From NCBI RefSeq assembly GCF_009914755.1, contig NC_060929.1: DNA of 64,000 nucleotides; one strand, given 5' to 3'. The stretch comes from the human T2T-CHM13v2.0 reference genome, Homo sapiens. Below, piece after piece: positions 51,241 to 62,873 of this stretch. The translations under genes were made by a program, and so were the position numbers. Position 1 is the first letter of the stretch, and each line of letters opens with the position of its first letter. The notes beneath the pieces were generated by a model that was given only the letters and a program-made list of their open reading frames with translations, ran no database searches and had not been told where the DNA came from.

Positions 51241-52382
51241 AGCTTGGGAAACAGCCTTGCAGTCCTACTGAGTCTCCTGTGGGAAGCAAATGTTCCTGGT
51301 AGGCCAGTCTGTAGGAGAATGAGATCAGTGCAGACAAGGCCTTGAAAGCATGGGCTCGAGAGGGGCTGCAGAGGCGGTGGGTCTGAAAGGGGGGGGTGGA
51401 TGTGAAGATCCAAAGTGATCCTTTTCCCAAGGAGCTTGGAGCCTGGCAGAGCAGAGCTCCCTGGTCCCCCACCTCATGGCTGCCTTTCTCCATGGGAGGC
51501 CTCTCTCCCCTCTCATTCCTCCCAGTGAAGCTTAGCCGCCCTGCCATCCAGAGCTCTGTCCTCTCCCCATCTCCACCTTCCCAAGCCAACAGCACCCCAG
51601 GCTGTGTCTGGGTGTCACGGCTGAGCTCTCAGTGTCCCTTCAGCCTGGAATGCCTTCCCCTCCCTCAAGCCCTCTCTGGGAAATTCCTACTCATCCTTTA
51701 ATAGTTTAGGCAGCCACTTCCAGGAGGTAGTCCCTGATAGCATCACCCCGCCCCGACCTCCCCACCCGCCTCCCCTGCTCCCCAGGGTCAGCAGGATTCC
51801 TTGTCCCTCCCGGGAGCTCCATGACACCCTTCACTGCACGTCTTCATCGCTGCCCCTCCCCACGTTCTTATGCTCCATTTCTGTCCCTCTAATCTGGGAG
51901 CCCCTTGCAGCATTGTCTCTGTATCTTTACATTCTCCCCTGGCAGGAGATAGCTTCTCAGAAATTAATTAAATGAATGAGACCCAGACCCGGAGCAGGTG
52001 AGCAGGGAGTGGGTTAAAATCCCCTACATGTACCACTTTAAAGAGTTTCCCAAGTTAAAACAATCGATTCCACATGTTCTGAAACCTCATCCTTCTTCAC
52101 CATTGCTCAGCTCTATGGTTCTCTGGTTTCCTGGAGGCTGAAGTCTTCTCTCCATCCCTCTCACGGTCTGCCCACCCCGTCCACTTTCCATCTGACGTGC
52201 TCTTCCCTCTGTTGCCATGCCCTTGGGCCACTGATTCATATTGTCGCTTCTCAGAAATCATGAATGAGCATTGGAATATCAATGGCATGGCCTTAAGTTT
52301 ATGCTTCCCTAAGTAGAAAGTAAATGCAAATATCTTGAGAAAACAATCTAACTTGAAGAATGGAAAGAAGGGTTGTTTTTCC

Positions 52383-52630
52383 ATCTCACTCTGTCGCCCA
52401 GGCTGGAGTGCGGTAGCACTATCTCGGCTCACTGCAACCTCCGCCTCCTGGGTTCAAGCGATTCTTGTGCCTCAGCCTCCTGAGTGGCTGGGACTACAGA
52501 TGTGCGCCACTATGCCTGGCTAATTTTTGTATTTTTAGTAGAGATGAGGTTTCACCATGTTGGCCAGGCTGGTCTTAAACTCCTGACCTCAGGTGATCCA
52601 TCTGCCTCGGTCTCCCAAAGTGCTGGGATT
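52383..52630 (-). mobile_element. Alu lacking the tail and the 5' end
   Basis: tctcactctgtcgcccaggctgg...cccaaagtgctgggatt. Confidence 0.9.
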
Positions 52631-53104
52631 TTTTTTTTTAAGGACAAAGTTGGCTTTAATAATTCATGAAAAAGAGAAAACTAGAAGGAAACTGGAAGCA
52701 GAGGACACAGAAAATTTGCTGTTAGCAGTGCACCCAGGGCTGCATGATGACTCTTCATGGGCTCTGGGCTTTTTTGCCTCTGTGGGCCCCTTCTCCATTA
52801 AAATATATAACTGCATTGCTATAGACAAGTACAATCTAAGCTGGGTTAATTATTATATATGCATTATTGTTATATTTATTTTTCTTTTGATTTGAAAAAT
52901 GTTTAAAAAGTTTTTGGGCCCCTAGGCACTGTGTTTGCTGTGTCTAATAGCTTAGCCCACTCTGAGCCCACCACCCTGCCCTTTTGACACTTTGGGTCGC
53001 ACTGTTCCTCCTGCTTGGAGTGTCTGTCGTCCATCCCAGCCTGTGTTGACCTGGCCCACGTGACAGATTCCTACTCACTTGCAAGGTCCAGCTCCAATGT
53101 AACT

Positions 53105-53319
53105 TTCACCAAATTTAGCAAATTAAAATACAGCATGCCCACTTGGATTTGAACTTCAGACAAATTACAAATATATATTATTTGTTATAACAGGCATGAG
53201 TATGTTCCACATGTCTCATGTCCCACATGTTGCATGAGACATGCTTGTACTAAGAAATTGTGCGTGCTTATCTGAAATTCAGATTTAACTAGGTGTCCTG
53301 TATTTTCTCTGGCAACACT
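53105..53319. mobile_element. MER53-like palindromic hAT MITE
   Basis: aaaatacagcatgcccacttggatttgaacttcagac pairs with tatctgaaattcagatttaactaggtgtcctgtatttt, ending ctggcaac. Confidence 0.75.
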
Positions 53320-54383
53320 AATCTGTAGCTGTTTCTGATTTGTTTTCCTTCCGGCTCTTTATCCCACCTGCGGCTCTCTCTGAGGCATTTTAGCGCTCTC
53401 TCCACACCTCTCCCTGCACGTCTCGCTTTCGGGGTATCACGGACTCCTCCCTGCAGCTGCAGTCCCATCTTCATCCCACTCAGCTGCCGTGGCCAGGGAC
53501 GTGACAGTGTATTCCTTGTCTTAGATGAGTAAATATGAGTAAATGTGTGCTTGCCCTTCGTTTCCCCAACTGTCTGTTTTCAGGGATGACTTGGCAGCAT
53601 TTGGTTTTCATTTCATTCAGGATGTTGTGAGGCTGAGACTAAAGATGAGTTAACTATTGCCTGGGATTCCAGCAGCGCTTCCGTTAACAAACGTGTGTCC
53701 CAAGAAGACCCTTGGGGCTTTTTCATTACCTGATGGAAAAAAGCCATAGACCCTCGGCTAAAACCCACGCCCCCTCCTTGGGTGGACTATGAGTGGAGGC
53801 AACAGGATTCCCCCTCCCAAGGGATTCTGGTGTCAGCTAGTACATCAGCCGTGGCCAACGGAGGATCTTGTGTTCGAAGGGAAGGTCTTTGTTTTTCAGA
53901 CGTAGGTTCAGGAAATTCTGATTTTCCACCTCTATCTCGGGAATGGATTGATTCTTTTAAAAGTTCACTTTAACCTACTTCACTCCACACTCACGGTCCC
54001 CCAGAGTGCCTCCTTAACACAGCAGAAAGTTGGCCTGAGATGATCTCATGGGCACAAGCCACATAAGGCGGTCGGGACCAGTATCCAAGCTCCTCACCCA
54101 GTGCTCTTCCACCCTTCTCTGCAGCGCGGATTTCAGAGCTGGAGGCCAACAGCATGGCCTTCCCTCTGGGGATCGCAGTGAGGGGTGGCACGCACTCAGG
54201 GCTGCAGACCAGCAAAGCACCAGCCCAAGAAGGACGGGGGAGCAAGGTGCAGGCGCCCCCAGGCTGCTGGGGACTTCCCAGCTCTCAGCACATTCTCCTT
54301 TTCTTGGTTAAGGAAGTTTCTAAAGTTGACCACTGGTTAATCGTTTTGTTATTCATGCTGAGCAAGAAACCAGGGTCCAAATA

Positions 54384-54385
<2 letters not shown>

Positions 54386-54435
<50 letters not shown>
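54386..54435. repeat. (GT)25 microsatellite
   Basis: Direct reading. Confidence 0.98.
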
Positions 54436-54436
<1 letters not shown>

Positions 54437-55754
54437 GTGTGTTTGGGGAGGGGTGCCCTCCCAGTAGGGAGCTGCCCAGTAGTTTCTGCCTCTTATTAAT
54501 CTCTAGTACAGCTCGTGACTCACCATGAAACTCACAGGAACACGCAAGATGGCCCAAAATAGTTTCCAGGGTGGTCACCAGGTGTGATGAGAAAGAAGAC
54601 AAAACAATGAACCCATGGATCCATGGTCACGTCTACATGGGGAATTCTGCACACGACACCCTCCCCTGGACTGTGAAACAATCATTGGCCCAATAAAGGC
54701 TCTGATAAGCTCTACAGTTATATTTTAAACCTTAAAGCATGGGTTGATGCTATTTAACTCAGTATTTTCCAAAGTTATTTGATCAGAGAACCATCCTGTC
54801 CTCCTCCCTTTTTTTTTTTTTAAGTTTGAGGAGCATCTCACTGGGTAAGTAATCCTGGACACACTTTGGGAAAATAGCTCTAAAAAGGGAGAGGAGGTAA
54901 GCAGGAGTTTTACCATCTTATGTTCCCGCTCCAAGTCACTGACTTTGGACTGGAATTTTGGCTTGGAGAAAACGCAGCTGGCCTCAGCACCACCCTGGAG
55001 CCTCTTCCAGCCAGTCCTGGCAGAAGGACTCTGAATGCCTGAACCCACAGGTTGGTACCCGTGACTCCACCAAGTCTCCACGCAGGGACGGCGTGCATCG
55101 GGAAGAGGGGGCATTTCAGGCAAAGGCTAGTGCAGCACAAATGCCATCCATGGGGCAGCCTAGGCTGGGGCCATGCAGAAGAGCCATAGAGCACCATGCA
55201 AGGCCGCCTTTTGATAGTCACAAGGCAGTCTGTGACGTGACTCAGTTTCATACAAGCTGCTTCTTCTGCCTGGGACGCTCCTGATCTGTTGGCACTGTTT
55301 CTTAACTTCGGTCTTAAAGTCATTTCTAATTAAAGCAAGCTCCCCTGTTAGTGTCTATATTATAGGATCCTGTTTGTATTCTTTTAGCGTTTCTCAACAC
55401 AGGGATCACTACATATTTTACTTTTTTGAATGTTGTCTGTCTCCCCGCAAATAAAATAACTCCAGGAGGACAGCGGTTTTTGCTTTGGTCACCATTAGAG
55501 CCCTGGTGCCAGGAACAGTGCCTGGCACAGTGTAGGCACACCATAAGGGTTTGTTGAATGAATAAGAACAATTTTGCAAGTTTTGTCCCTCCTGAGTGGG
55601 TGATTGGTTGCTGGGAGTTGATAGGCAAGGCCACTGACCATCCAGTGGGCTGTGTGGTAAGAAGGGGGTGATTCCTAAGAAATACTTGTGGATGGCTGCC
55701 TGGCCCAGTGCATGCAAGGAAGTACAGAAGTACAGAGAGCAATAGAAATGAGTT

Positions 55755-55760
55755 TTTATT
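55755..55760 (-). terminator. GDNF: Polyadenylation signal AATAAA of GDNF
   Basis: Plus strand tttatt at 55755-55760. There is an upstream TGTA (CFIm) motif near 55785 and a downstream U/GU-rich stretch tgctctctgtacttctgtac on the minus strand. Confidence 0.85.
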
Positions 55761-56620
55761 TGTAAAAAGTTACAAAATGATATTGTACAAAAATAAAGTC
55801 TGTAGAGAACTTTGGTTTTATAACACAAACGACCAAGACAGATCAGAGAAGTCAGAACTTCCAAACAAGTGCACTCCTTACGTTCAGATGGTGATCGCAA
55901 TGATAAAGAAAAATCACAAACTTTACCCTTTTGTGGATTTGGTGGAGCAACTTGCTTCCATTAAAACCTGCTTGTGGTGTGTAGGTGATGCCGGGAACGA
56001 GCTATTGACACCCCTTGGATCCTACAGCTTTTTTGGGCAGGGACTCTCCATGGGGAGTTGTTGGGGGGGGTCACTGAGGTTGAAGCCTGGGAACAGTGGC
56101 CATCGCACTGCCAAGGTTCTCTGAATGGGACAGATGCCCCTGGGGCCACATCCAAATTGTGCTCCACGAATGACTGGATGGCTGGGGTTTGTCACTGTTT
56201 CGAGCAGTCTGAATTCTCAGCAAGATCCCAAGACAGTGTGAGAGGGAAGGCCTTTCCTCCATTTCCCAGGCGAGCAAGGGGAGCAGAAAGGACAGAGAAG
56301 GGCAGAACCATGAAGAATTTGGGTATTTTGGGGGAAGGGGATCAGATGTCTGGTAACTGCTGCTTCTTGTTACTATGATTATTTGATGGAGGCCAGTATT
56401 TCATTTAATTGCTAAATCTGTCATAGTTTTATACTAGTAGCCACTAAGGTAGGTAGTAATAGATTATCTCCTTAATGAAAATCCCTTTTATGAAATGTGT
56501 AACAAGCTGTAATACAGGGCCTAGTGTGTCATACATGTGTTGGCTGCCAGATAAATTCACAATCTAGGGCATGGAGGAGGTGGCTGTTCCCGCCCCTATG
56601 CTTCCTCCTGCTCCAACCTC

Positions 56621-56923
56621 TTTTTTTTTTTTTTTTTTTTTTTTTGAGACAGGGTACCGCACTGTCACTTAGGCTGGAGTGCAGTGGCATGATCACAGCT
56701 CACTGCAGCCTCGACCTTCTGGACTCAAGTGATCCTCCTTCAGCCTCTTGAGTAGCTGGGACCACAGGTGTGCACCATCATGCCTGCCTAATTTTTAAAG
56801 TTTCTGTAGAGACAGGGTCTCCCTATGTTGCCCAAGCTGGTCTCAAACTCCTGGGTTCAAGAGATCCTCCCACCTTGGCTTTCCAAAGTGTTGGGATTAT
56901 GGGTGTGAGCCGCTGCACTGGCC
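56621..56923 (-). mobile_element. Old Alu (AluJ-like), sense within the GDNF 3'UTR
   Basis: T25 followed by gagacagggt...gatcacagctcactgcagcctcgacc...gtgagccgctgcactggcc. Confidence 0.95.
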
Positions 56924-57692
56924 CCGACCACCTTCATTTAAAGGCAGCACGCTCCTAAGTATGAGGCTCCATGTGTGTGGCTGTGGCTGGTCCCAATATG
57001 GCTTCCTCAGCACCCTTCTCAGCCATCTGCTCCCCAGGGAGCTGTCAGGTGTTTGGGTATATAGGAGCAGCAGCTGTTGACCCCCGGTGACAGCCCAGGG
57101 GTTGTACGGGACCTGGTAGACCCTACCTCTGGAAGGCCCCTGTGTCTCCCGGGCTGCACTGGGCAGCCAGCATATTCTCGGGAGGGCAGTGGGTGGGCAG
57201 GGATGGAGGGAGTCGGTAGAACGGCAGCTACCTGACAGCATTGTCGACATTACTTTTAGGTCAGCATTAAATCCAGGACTACCTACTAAAAGGAACTGAA
57301 CCTTTTCTACATATGGTTATGCATAGTACAGATAGGTATACGTGGAGGGGACTAAGAGCTTAAAGACAACAGGAAGTGGAGCCCACGACATTTCTGTTCA
57401 GCAATGGAGCAAGGAAGAAATAAAGTCAAGTGCCAGTGGTCTCTGCACGCTGCTCCAGGAAAGGGGGCTTGCCTGAGATGCTCCACAAATAAAAATTGGG
57501 AAAAATGCTGAAATCTGGGGAAAATTAATGACAAATTTTCTTAAAAAGGTAAAGTAAGTGATTTTTGCCTGGCAAAAAACTTTTTAATACTTTGAAAAGC
57601 ATGGACCCTTGTTCCCAATTCAAATTTCCTTTTGTCACCTTTCTTTGCATTTTGCGAGCACATATACTTTGGCACCTTTGAAAAGAAACTTT

Positions 57693-57765
57693 AATAAATA
57701 AGGGAAAAAAGAGAAATTCATTAGTGAACGGTAATAAATAACAATAACTTAAATTTCAATAAATA
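57693..57765 (-). promoter_or_regulatory. AU-rich element cluster in the GDNF 3'UTR
   Basis: Plus strand aataaataa at 57693-57701 and 57733-57741 gives two UUAUUUAUU nonamers in the mRNA. A third UAUUUAUU is at 57758-57765. Confidence 0.7.
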
Positions 57766-58550
57766 TCTTCTCTATATTTCTGTATCTGAAACAGATGCAT
57801 TGCATCGAGTAGCTTCTCTGGTCACTGGTGACCACGCATCAACGGAGCTGGTTATGTAACATCTGTCTCTCTGTAAACCAACAGGCCTGAGGGGCTCTCC
57901 CTGCCCGGGGGCAGTTCGGGGCCTTCCCCGATTCTCTCCTACAAGAATGCTGGCGAAAACCACAACTCGTTTCCTGTTTCCAAGGACATAAAGGAAATAC
58001 CTTCAGGTTTGTGTTTAATCATGAGCACAGCCTTTTTGGTTCCTAGCCAACTTCTTCCCACCCCACACACCGTGATGGAAATCAATCACCAACCGTTGGC
58101 AAAAATGCTGGTTGTAGTAAACCTCGGGCCTCAACTTTCAAATGCAAAGGTGATTATCTCTTGTATCTTTGCTTTTTTTTTCCCCTCTCCTTTCCAGGGT
58201 ATGTCTCCACTGAGTGACAGAAAAATAAACCTCTTACTTTCAGCAGTAAAACGTAATAACAAGGAACAACACCAGGATCTCTGTTTCCCTGGTGTCTTCG
58301 GACACATGAAAACAAATCACAGGAGATACACTGGTTTGGTTCAAGTGCATCCACCGCAACCGCGCCGGTAATCAGTGATGGTGGACTGTATCAGCTGAAA
58401 TGGTGGCAATAGCCAACCAGGAACATCAGCCCTGAGCTTCTAGTGACATCGGCTGCCATCCTGGAGAATCCAGAGGGCTGTTTTCTCTCTCTCCTGTCCA
58501 GTTGTCTGTAGCTGGATCTCCCTCTACCAGGCTCCCATGATGGCTGCCTT

Positions 58551-58610
58551 CCTCCTCCTCCTCCTCCTCCTCCTCCTCCTCCTCTTCTTCTTCCTCCTCC
58601 TCCGCCTCCT
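58551..58610 (-). repeat. (AGG)n/(AAG)n trinucleotide repeat in the GDNF 3'UTR
   Basis: (cct)11(ctt)3(cct)3ccg(cct)2 on the plus strand, about 100 nt after the stop. This is a known polymorphic GDNF 3'UTR marker. Confidence 0.95.
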
Positions 58611-58712
58611 TGGTCCTCATCTTCCATTCTGGGCAAACATTTCCTGGGAACCTTGGTCCCTTTCTTTGCACTGTAGCAGGAATGCAATACACAGCAGTCT
58701 CTGGAGCCGGAG

Positions 58713-59197
58713 TCAGATACATCCACACCTTTTAGCGGAATGCTTTCTTAGAATATGGTAAACCAGGTTATCATCTAAAAACGACAGGTCATCATCAAAG
58801 GCGATGGGTCTGCAACATGCCTGCCCTACTTTGTCACTCACCAGCCTTCTATTTCTGGATAAGTTTTTCAATATTTTGTCGTACGTTGTCTCAGCTGCAT
58901 CGCAAGAGCCGCTGCAGTACCTAAAAATCAGTTCCTCCTTGGTTTCATAGCCCAGACCCAAGTCAGTGACATTTAAATGTATTGCAGTTAAGACACAACC
59001 CCGGTTTTTGCCCCTCTGGCCTCTCCGACCTTTTCCTCTGGAATTCTCTGGGTTGGCAGCTGCAGCCTGCCGATTCCGCTCTCTTCTAGGAAGCACTGCC
59101 ATTTGTTTATCTGGTGACCTTTTCAGTCTTTTAATGGTGGCTTGAATAAAATCCATGACATCATCGAACTGATCAGGATAATCCTCTGGCATATTTG
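58713..59197 (-). CDS. GDNF: Glial cell line-derived neurotrophic factor, terminal coding exon (end of pro-region plus the 134-aa mature cystine-knot domain, 59117-58716)
   Basis: ORF 58713-59192 reads MPEDYPDQF...IKRLKR|SPDKQMAVL...CCRPIAFDDDL...KRCGCI, with furin site RLKR and 7 TGF-beta-superfamily cysteines. The acceptor ttttctcttttctttttgaacAG|CAAATATG puts the exon start at 59197. TGA stop at 58715-58713. Confidence 0.99.
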
Positions 59198-59222
59198 CTG
59201 TTCAAAAAGAAAAGAGAAAATG
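59198..59222 (-). promoter_or_regulatory. GDNF: Splice acceptor and polypyrimidine tract of the GDNF last intron
   Basis: Minus strand ...ttttctcttttctttttgaacAG lies directly upstream of CAAAT-ATG, which continues the known ...SSDS-N-M-P-E pro-peptide. Confidence 0.95.
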
Positions 59223-59559
59223 GCACATGAGACAAAATGATCATTTCAAGCCGTCTTCAAGATCAAAGTGCCCCCCTAAAGTCAGCAAAAATTGGACCCA
59301 CAGCAAAACTATCAGCCGATTAAGCTATAGGACCACTGTAATCCCCAAAAACAGAGGCAAAAATGCACAGAAGAAAGATGATTTAGTTGGAAGAGGAGAC
59401 TAATGTGGTGGTGACATACTTTCTCGAAGAAAACAAATCCTTAGAAGCATAGTTTTCATTTGAATAACATTCACCATTTTTAACAAGTCCATGCAGAGCT
59501 TGCTGTGAGCTGGCCAATCTTCTAGGGGCATTTTTCTTGCCTAGTCACACAACCTAGAG

Positions 59560-59760
59560 TAGTGGTTCTCAAATGTGAATATGCAGGAAAATACCCTGGA
59601 TATTGACTACCATGCAGATTCTTGGCCCTACCCTTGGAGACAATGAGTCATTTGGTCTGGGGAGGGACCAAGGAATCTGCATTTCTAACAAGCCTCAAGG
59701 AATTCTAATGTAAAAGATCCACACACCAAAGATCCACGCACTAAACTTTGAGAGACACCG
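59560..59760. mobile_element. MER5-like hAT in the GDNF intron
   Basis: agtggttctcaaa...ggaatctgcatttctaacaagc...actttgagagacac. Confidence 0.7.
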
Positions 59761-60663
59761 TCTTAGAGGGTGAAAAAACTGAGGCCTTCCACTATGGCTA
59801 CCTTCATCTGGAATACTGAGTGCTCTTCCCTGAAACTTGCTTTGATTCTGTGTGGCTGAGTGGGACAAGAACCATTCTGACAGAACAAATGAAGAGCTCA
59901 GGAATGCAACTATAGTTTAAAATTTCCTTAAAAATCATAAAGGAACAGGAAAACAGTTTATATTTTACTAACAAAAAGACTAATTTACCGCTTCCTTTGA
60001 ACAGCATGACTTTAACAAAAAAGTCCAGTGATAGAGTAAAATGGCATTTATGTATCACAGCAATAAATGAAATGAGATGCTGTTCGTGCATAGAAGCAGC
60101 CCTGCCCCCAAGGGTGAGGTCCAGCCTCAGCTGCAAGCTGTCACATGGCTCCCACTGTCTGGCTGCAAGCAGGACAAGAGGCTCATTAGGGAGATCACAT
60201 GGAGGAAGGATGCAGGGACACTAAGATGTCTGAGACCTTTGGTGAAAGTATAAATCAGCAGTCTCTTAGTGCTTTCTGCCGGATTTCAGTGTTTGCTTTG
60301 GCCGATCAAGTCAGCAGAGAAAAATAACTAATGGAACAATGTAATAAATTTCTAAACGGGGGGAAAAACAATCCAAACACCTGTTTCTTGGGTAGTAGGC
60401 CTCTTATGCCCCCCTCACCTCATTTTTCAGGTCATTTAGTATGTTTAGGATTCTAAGTGGCTTAGAGAAATAAACCAAAGAAGAGTTGTCAGCAAGAGTA
60501 AATGTTTTTTGCCAAGATTGTATTAAAGCATAGAAAGATTACATTATGTCTAACCCATGTCAAATTGTTTTGTCATAAACCTAACCTATTTAATTGTTAA
60601 AATATATCAGGTATCCCTCCTATAGAACAAAATCTAGCAAAAGCAACTTAACCACGTGTGTGT

Positions 60664-60666
<3 letters not shown>

Positions 60667-60696
<30 letters not shown>
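60667..60696. repeat. (GT)15 microsatellite
   Basis: Direct reading. Confidence 0.97.
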
Positions 60697-60704
<8 letters not shown>

Positions 60705-60799
60705 AAACATATGATATATAATAATGAAAAGACTGGTGATTGGAATCCGTAGAATGCCTAGTTGCTATCTGAAATTTAGCATTGGCAGGATCAGCTGCA

Positions 60800-62190
60800 C
60801 GGAAATCACAAAGCTGTTTCCACACTGGCTGAAGCCCTGTCACCTCTTGCCTGGATAACCACAGTGGCCCCTGAACTGGGCTTCCTCATTCTACCCTTAC
60901 CCACCTTCGATCTATTTTCTACCCAGCACCCAGAGGGATACTTTAAACGCAGAACATAACCTCCTCTGCTCAAAACCTTCCAATAGCTCTCTGTTACTCT
61001 TAGAGAAAAAGCCCAAATCCACACTGGCCCTAAAGGCCCTACCTGACCTGGCTGCCCCTCTCCTCCAGCCTTTATTACCTCTGACCTCCTCTCTTGTTTC
61101 TCCTCTTGTTCCCTCCCGTCTAGCTACCCTGGCTTCCTTACCATTCCTCAAACACGGGGCTCAGTGTCAGCACCACTGACCTTTTCGGCTGGGTCATTCT
61201 TCATTGTGGGAGGCTGTCCTGTGCACTGTAGGATGTTTGGCAGCATCCCTGGCTTCCATCCAGGAGAGGCCTGATATGGTATGGCTGTGTCCCCACCCAA
61301 ATATCATCTTGAATTTTAGCTGCCATAATCCCTACATGTTGTGGGAGGGGGCCCAGTGAGAGGTAATTGAATCGCAGGGGCAGGTTTTTCCTGTGCTATT
61401 CTGGTAATAATGAATAAGTCTCATGAGACCTGATTGTTTTATAAAGTGCAGTTCCCCTGCCTGCCTATGCCCTCTTGCCTGCCGCCATGTAAGATGTGAC
61501 TTTGCTCCTCCTTTGCCTTCTGCCATGATTGTGAGGCCTCTCCAGCCATGTGGAACTGTGAGTCCATGAAACCTCTTTCCTTTATAAATTACCCAGTCTC
61601 AGGTATTTCTTCATAGCAGTAAGAAAACAGACTAATACAAGGCCCATAGCATCCCCCATCCTAGTCATGACAGATCAAGGTATCTCTGGATATTGCAAAT
61701 GTCCCCTAGGGGCAACACCATCCCTTGAGAACTATAGCTTAAACAGTCAAGAACTCAGGGCCTTTGTGCTGGCTGTCCCCTCTCTGCCTGGACCCTTGGC
61801 CTATAGAGCAATTTGCATTTTACCTGCAATATAGGTAGGCAAAGAATACCAGATTAAATGTCTCCCACCCTGTGGCTAGTCCCACATCTCCTTCAAGTCT
61901 TTGCTCAAATGTCACTATCCACAAGTCCCACCTGACCTCCCTATTTAAAACAAGATTCCTCCCCAGCCCCTAATCCAGATACCCCTGCCCTGCGCCTCCC
62001 CCTCCACCATAATTCTTGCTACATTCTAACACACCATCTAACTGATTTCTTAGGGTTGTTATTTATAGTCTGTCTTCTCTAAAAGAATGTCAACTCCAAG
62101 AGGCAGGAACTCTGTCCTGCTTGTTCACTGATGGATCTCCAAGTGCTTGAGTAGGCTGTGGAGGCCTACGGTAACTGCTGGCTGAATGAG
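60800..62190 (+). mobile_element. L2 fragment hosting MER20 (~61155-61735), which hosts a THE1 LTR
   Basis: L2 cctctgctcaaaaccttccaatagctc...caggaactctgtcctgcttgttcactg; MER20 ggctgtcctgtgcactgtaggatgtttggcagcatccctggc. Confidence 0.75.
61272..61639 (+). mobile_element. THE1 (C/D-like) solo LTR
   Basis: tgatatggtatggctgtgtccccacccaaat...ccagccatgtggaactgtgagtcc...cagactaataca, with 5-bp TSD aggcc. Confidence 0.9.
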
Positions 62191-62510
62191 TCGGGTCATT
62201 TTACTAGGCGGAAAGAGAGTTCTTAATTTTTCAAGGGGACTCTGGGACTTTAGCTGAAAACTGCATCGTTATGAAATGAAATGCTCCAAAGTAAACAGCC
62301 CACATTACTCAGAAAAGCCACTCTGCCCTGAGTGGCACAGTCATTGCCCACCAGAGAGCTGAAGGACTGTCTCCAAACCACCTTTCCTCCTCAGCTTTCT
62401 GCAGCTTTGCAGCAGCATTAACTCTCAGTGCCCACCTCCCCTGGGTCTCCTAAAGCTCTCTGGTCCCTGAGTAATGCTTTCTTAAGGGGGCCCAGGGAAG
62501 TGCTCTTTTC

Positions 62511-62873
<363 letters not shown>

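Larger units (their letters stand above)
55740..58712 (-). other. GDNF: GDNF 3'UTR (~3 kb)
   Basis: Runs from the stop codon to a canonical AATAAA and contains the (AGG)n repeat, AREs and one Alu. The end coordinate is approximate. Confidence 0.85.

Noticed and set aside
54285-56378. Cluster of 100-160 aa ORFs around the GDNF 3' end
   Set aside because: No domain similarity or other coding evidence, and one is driven by the (GT)n repeat. The region is kept only as a regulatory or antisense candidate.
58391-58761. ORFs with poly-Glu, poly-Gly or poly-Leu overlapping the GDNF stop
   Set aside because: They are translations of the (AGG)n UTR repeat. Neither minus-strand ORF is in frame with GDNF, and the stop context TGA-CTC is not the UGA-CUAG readthrough motif.
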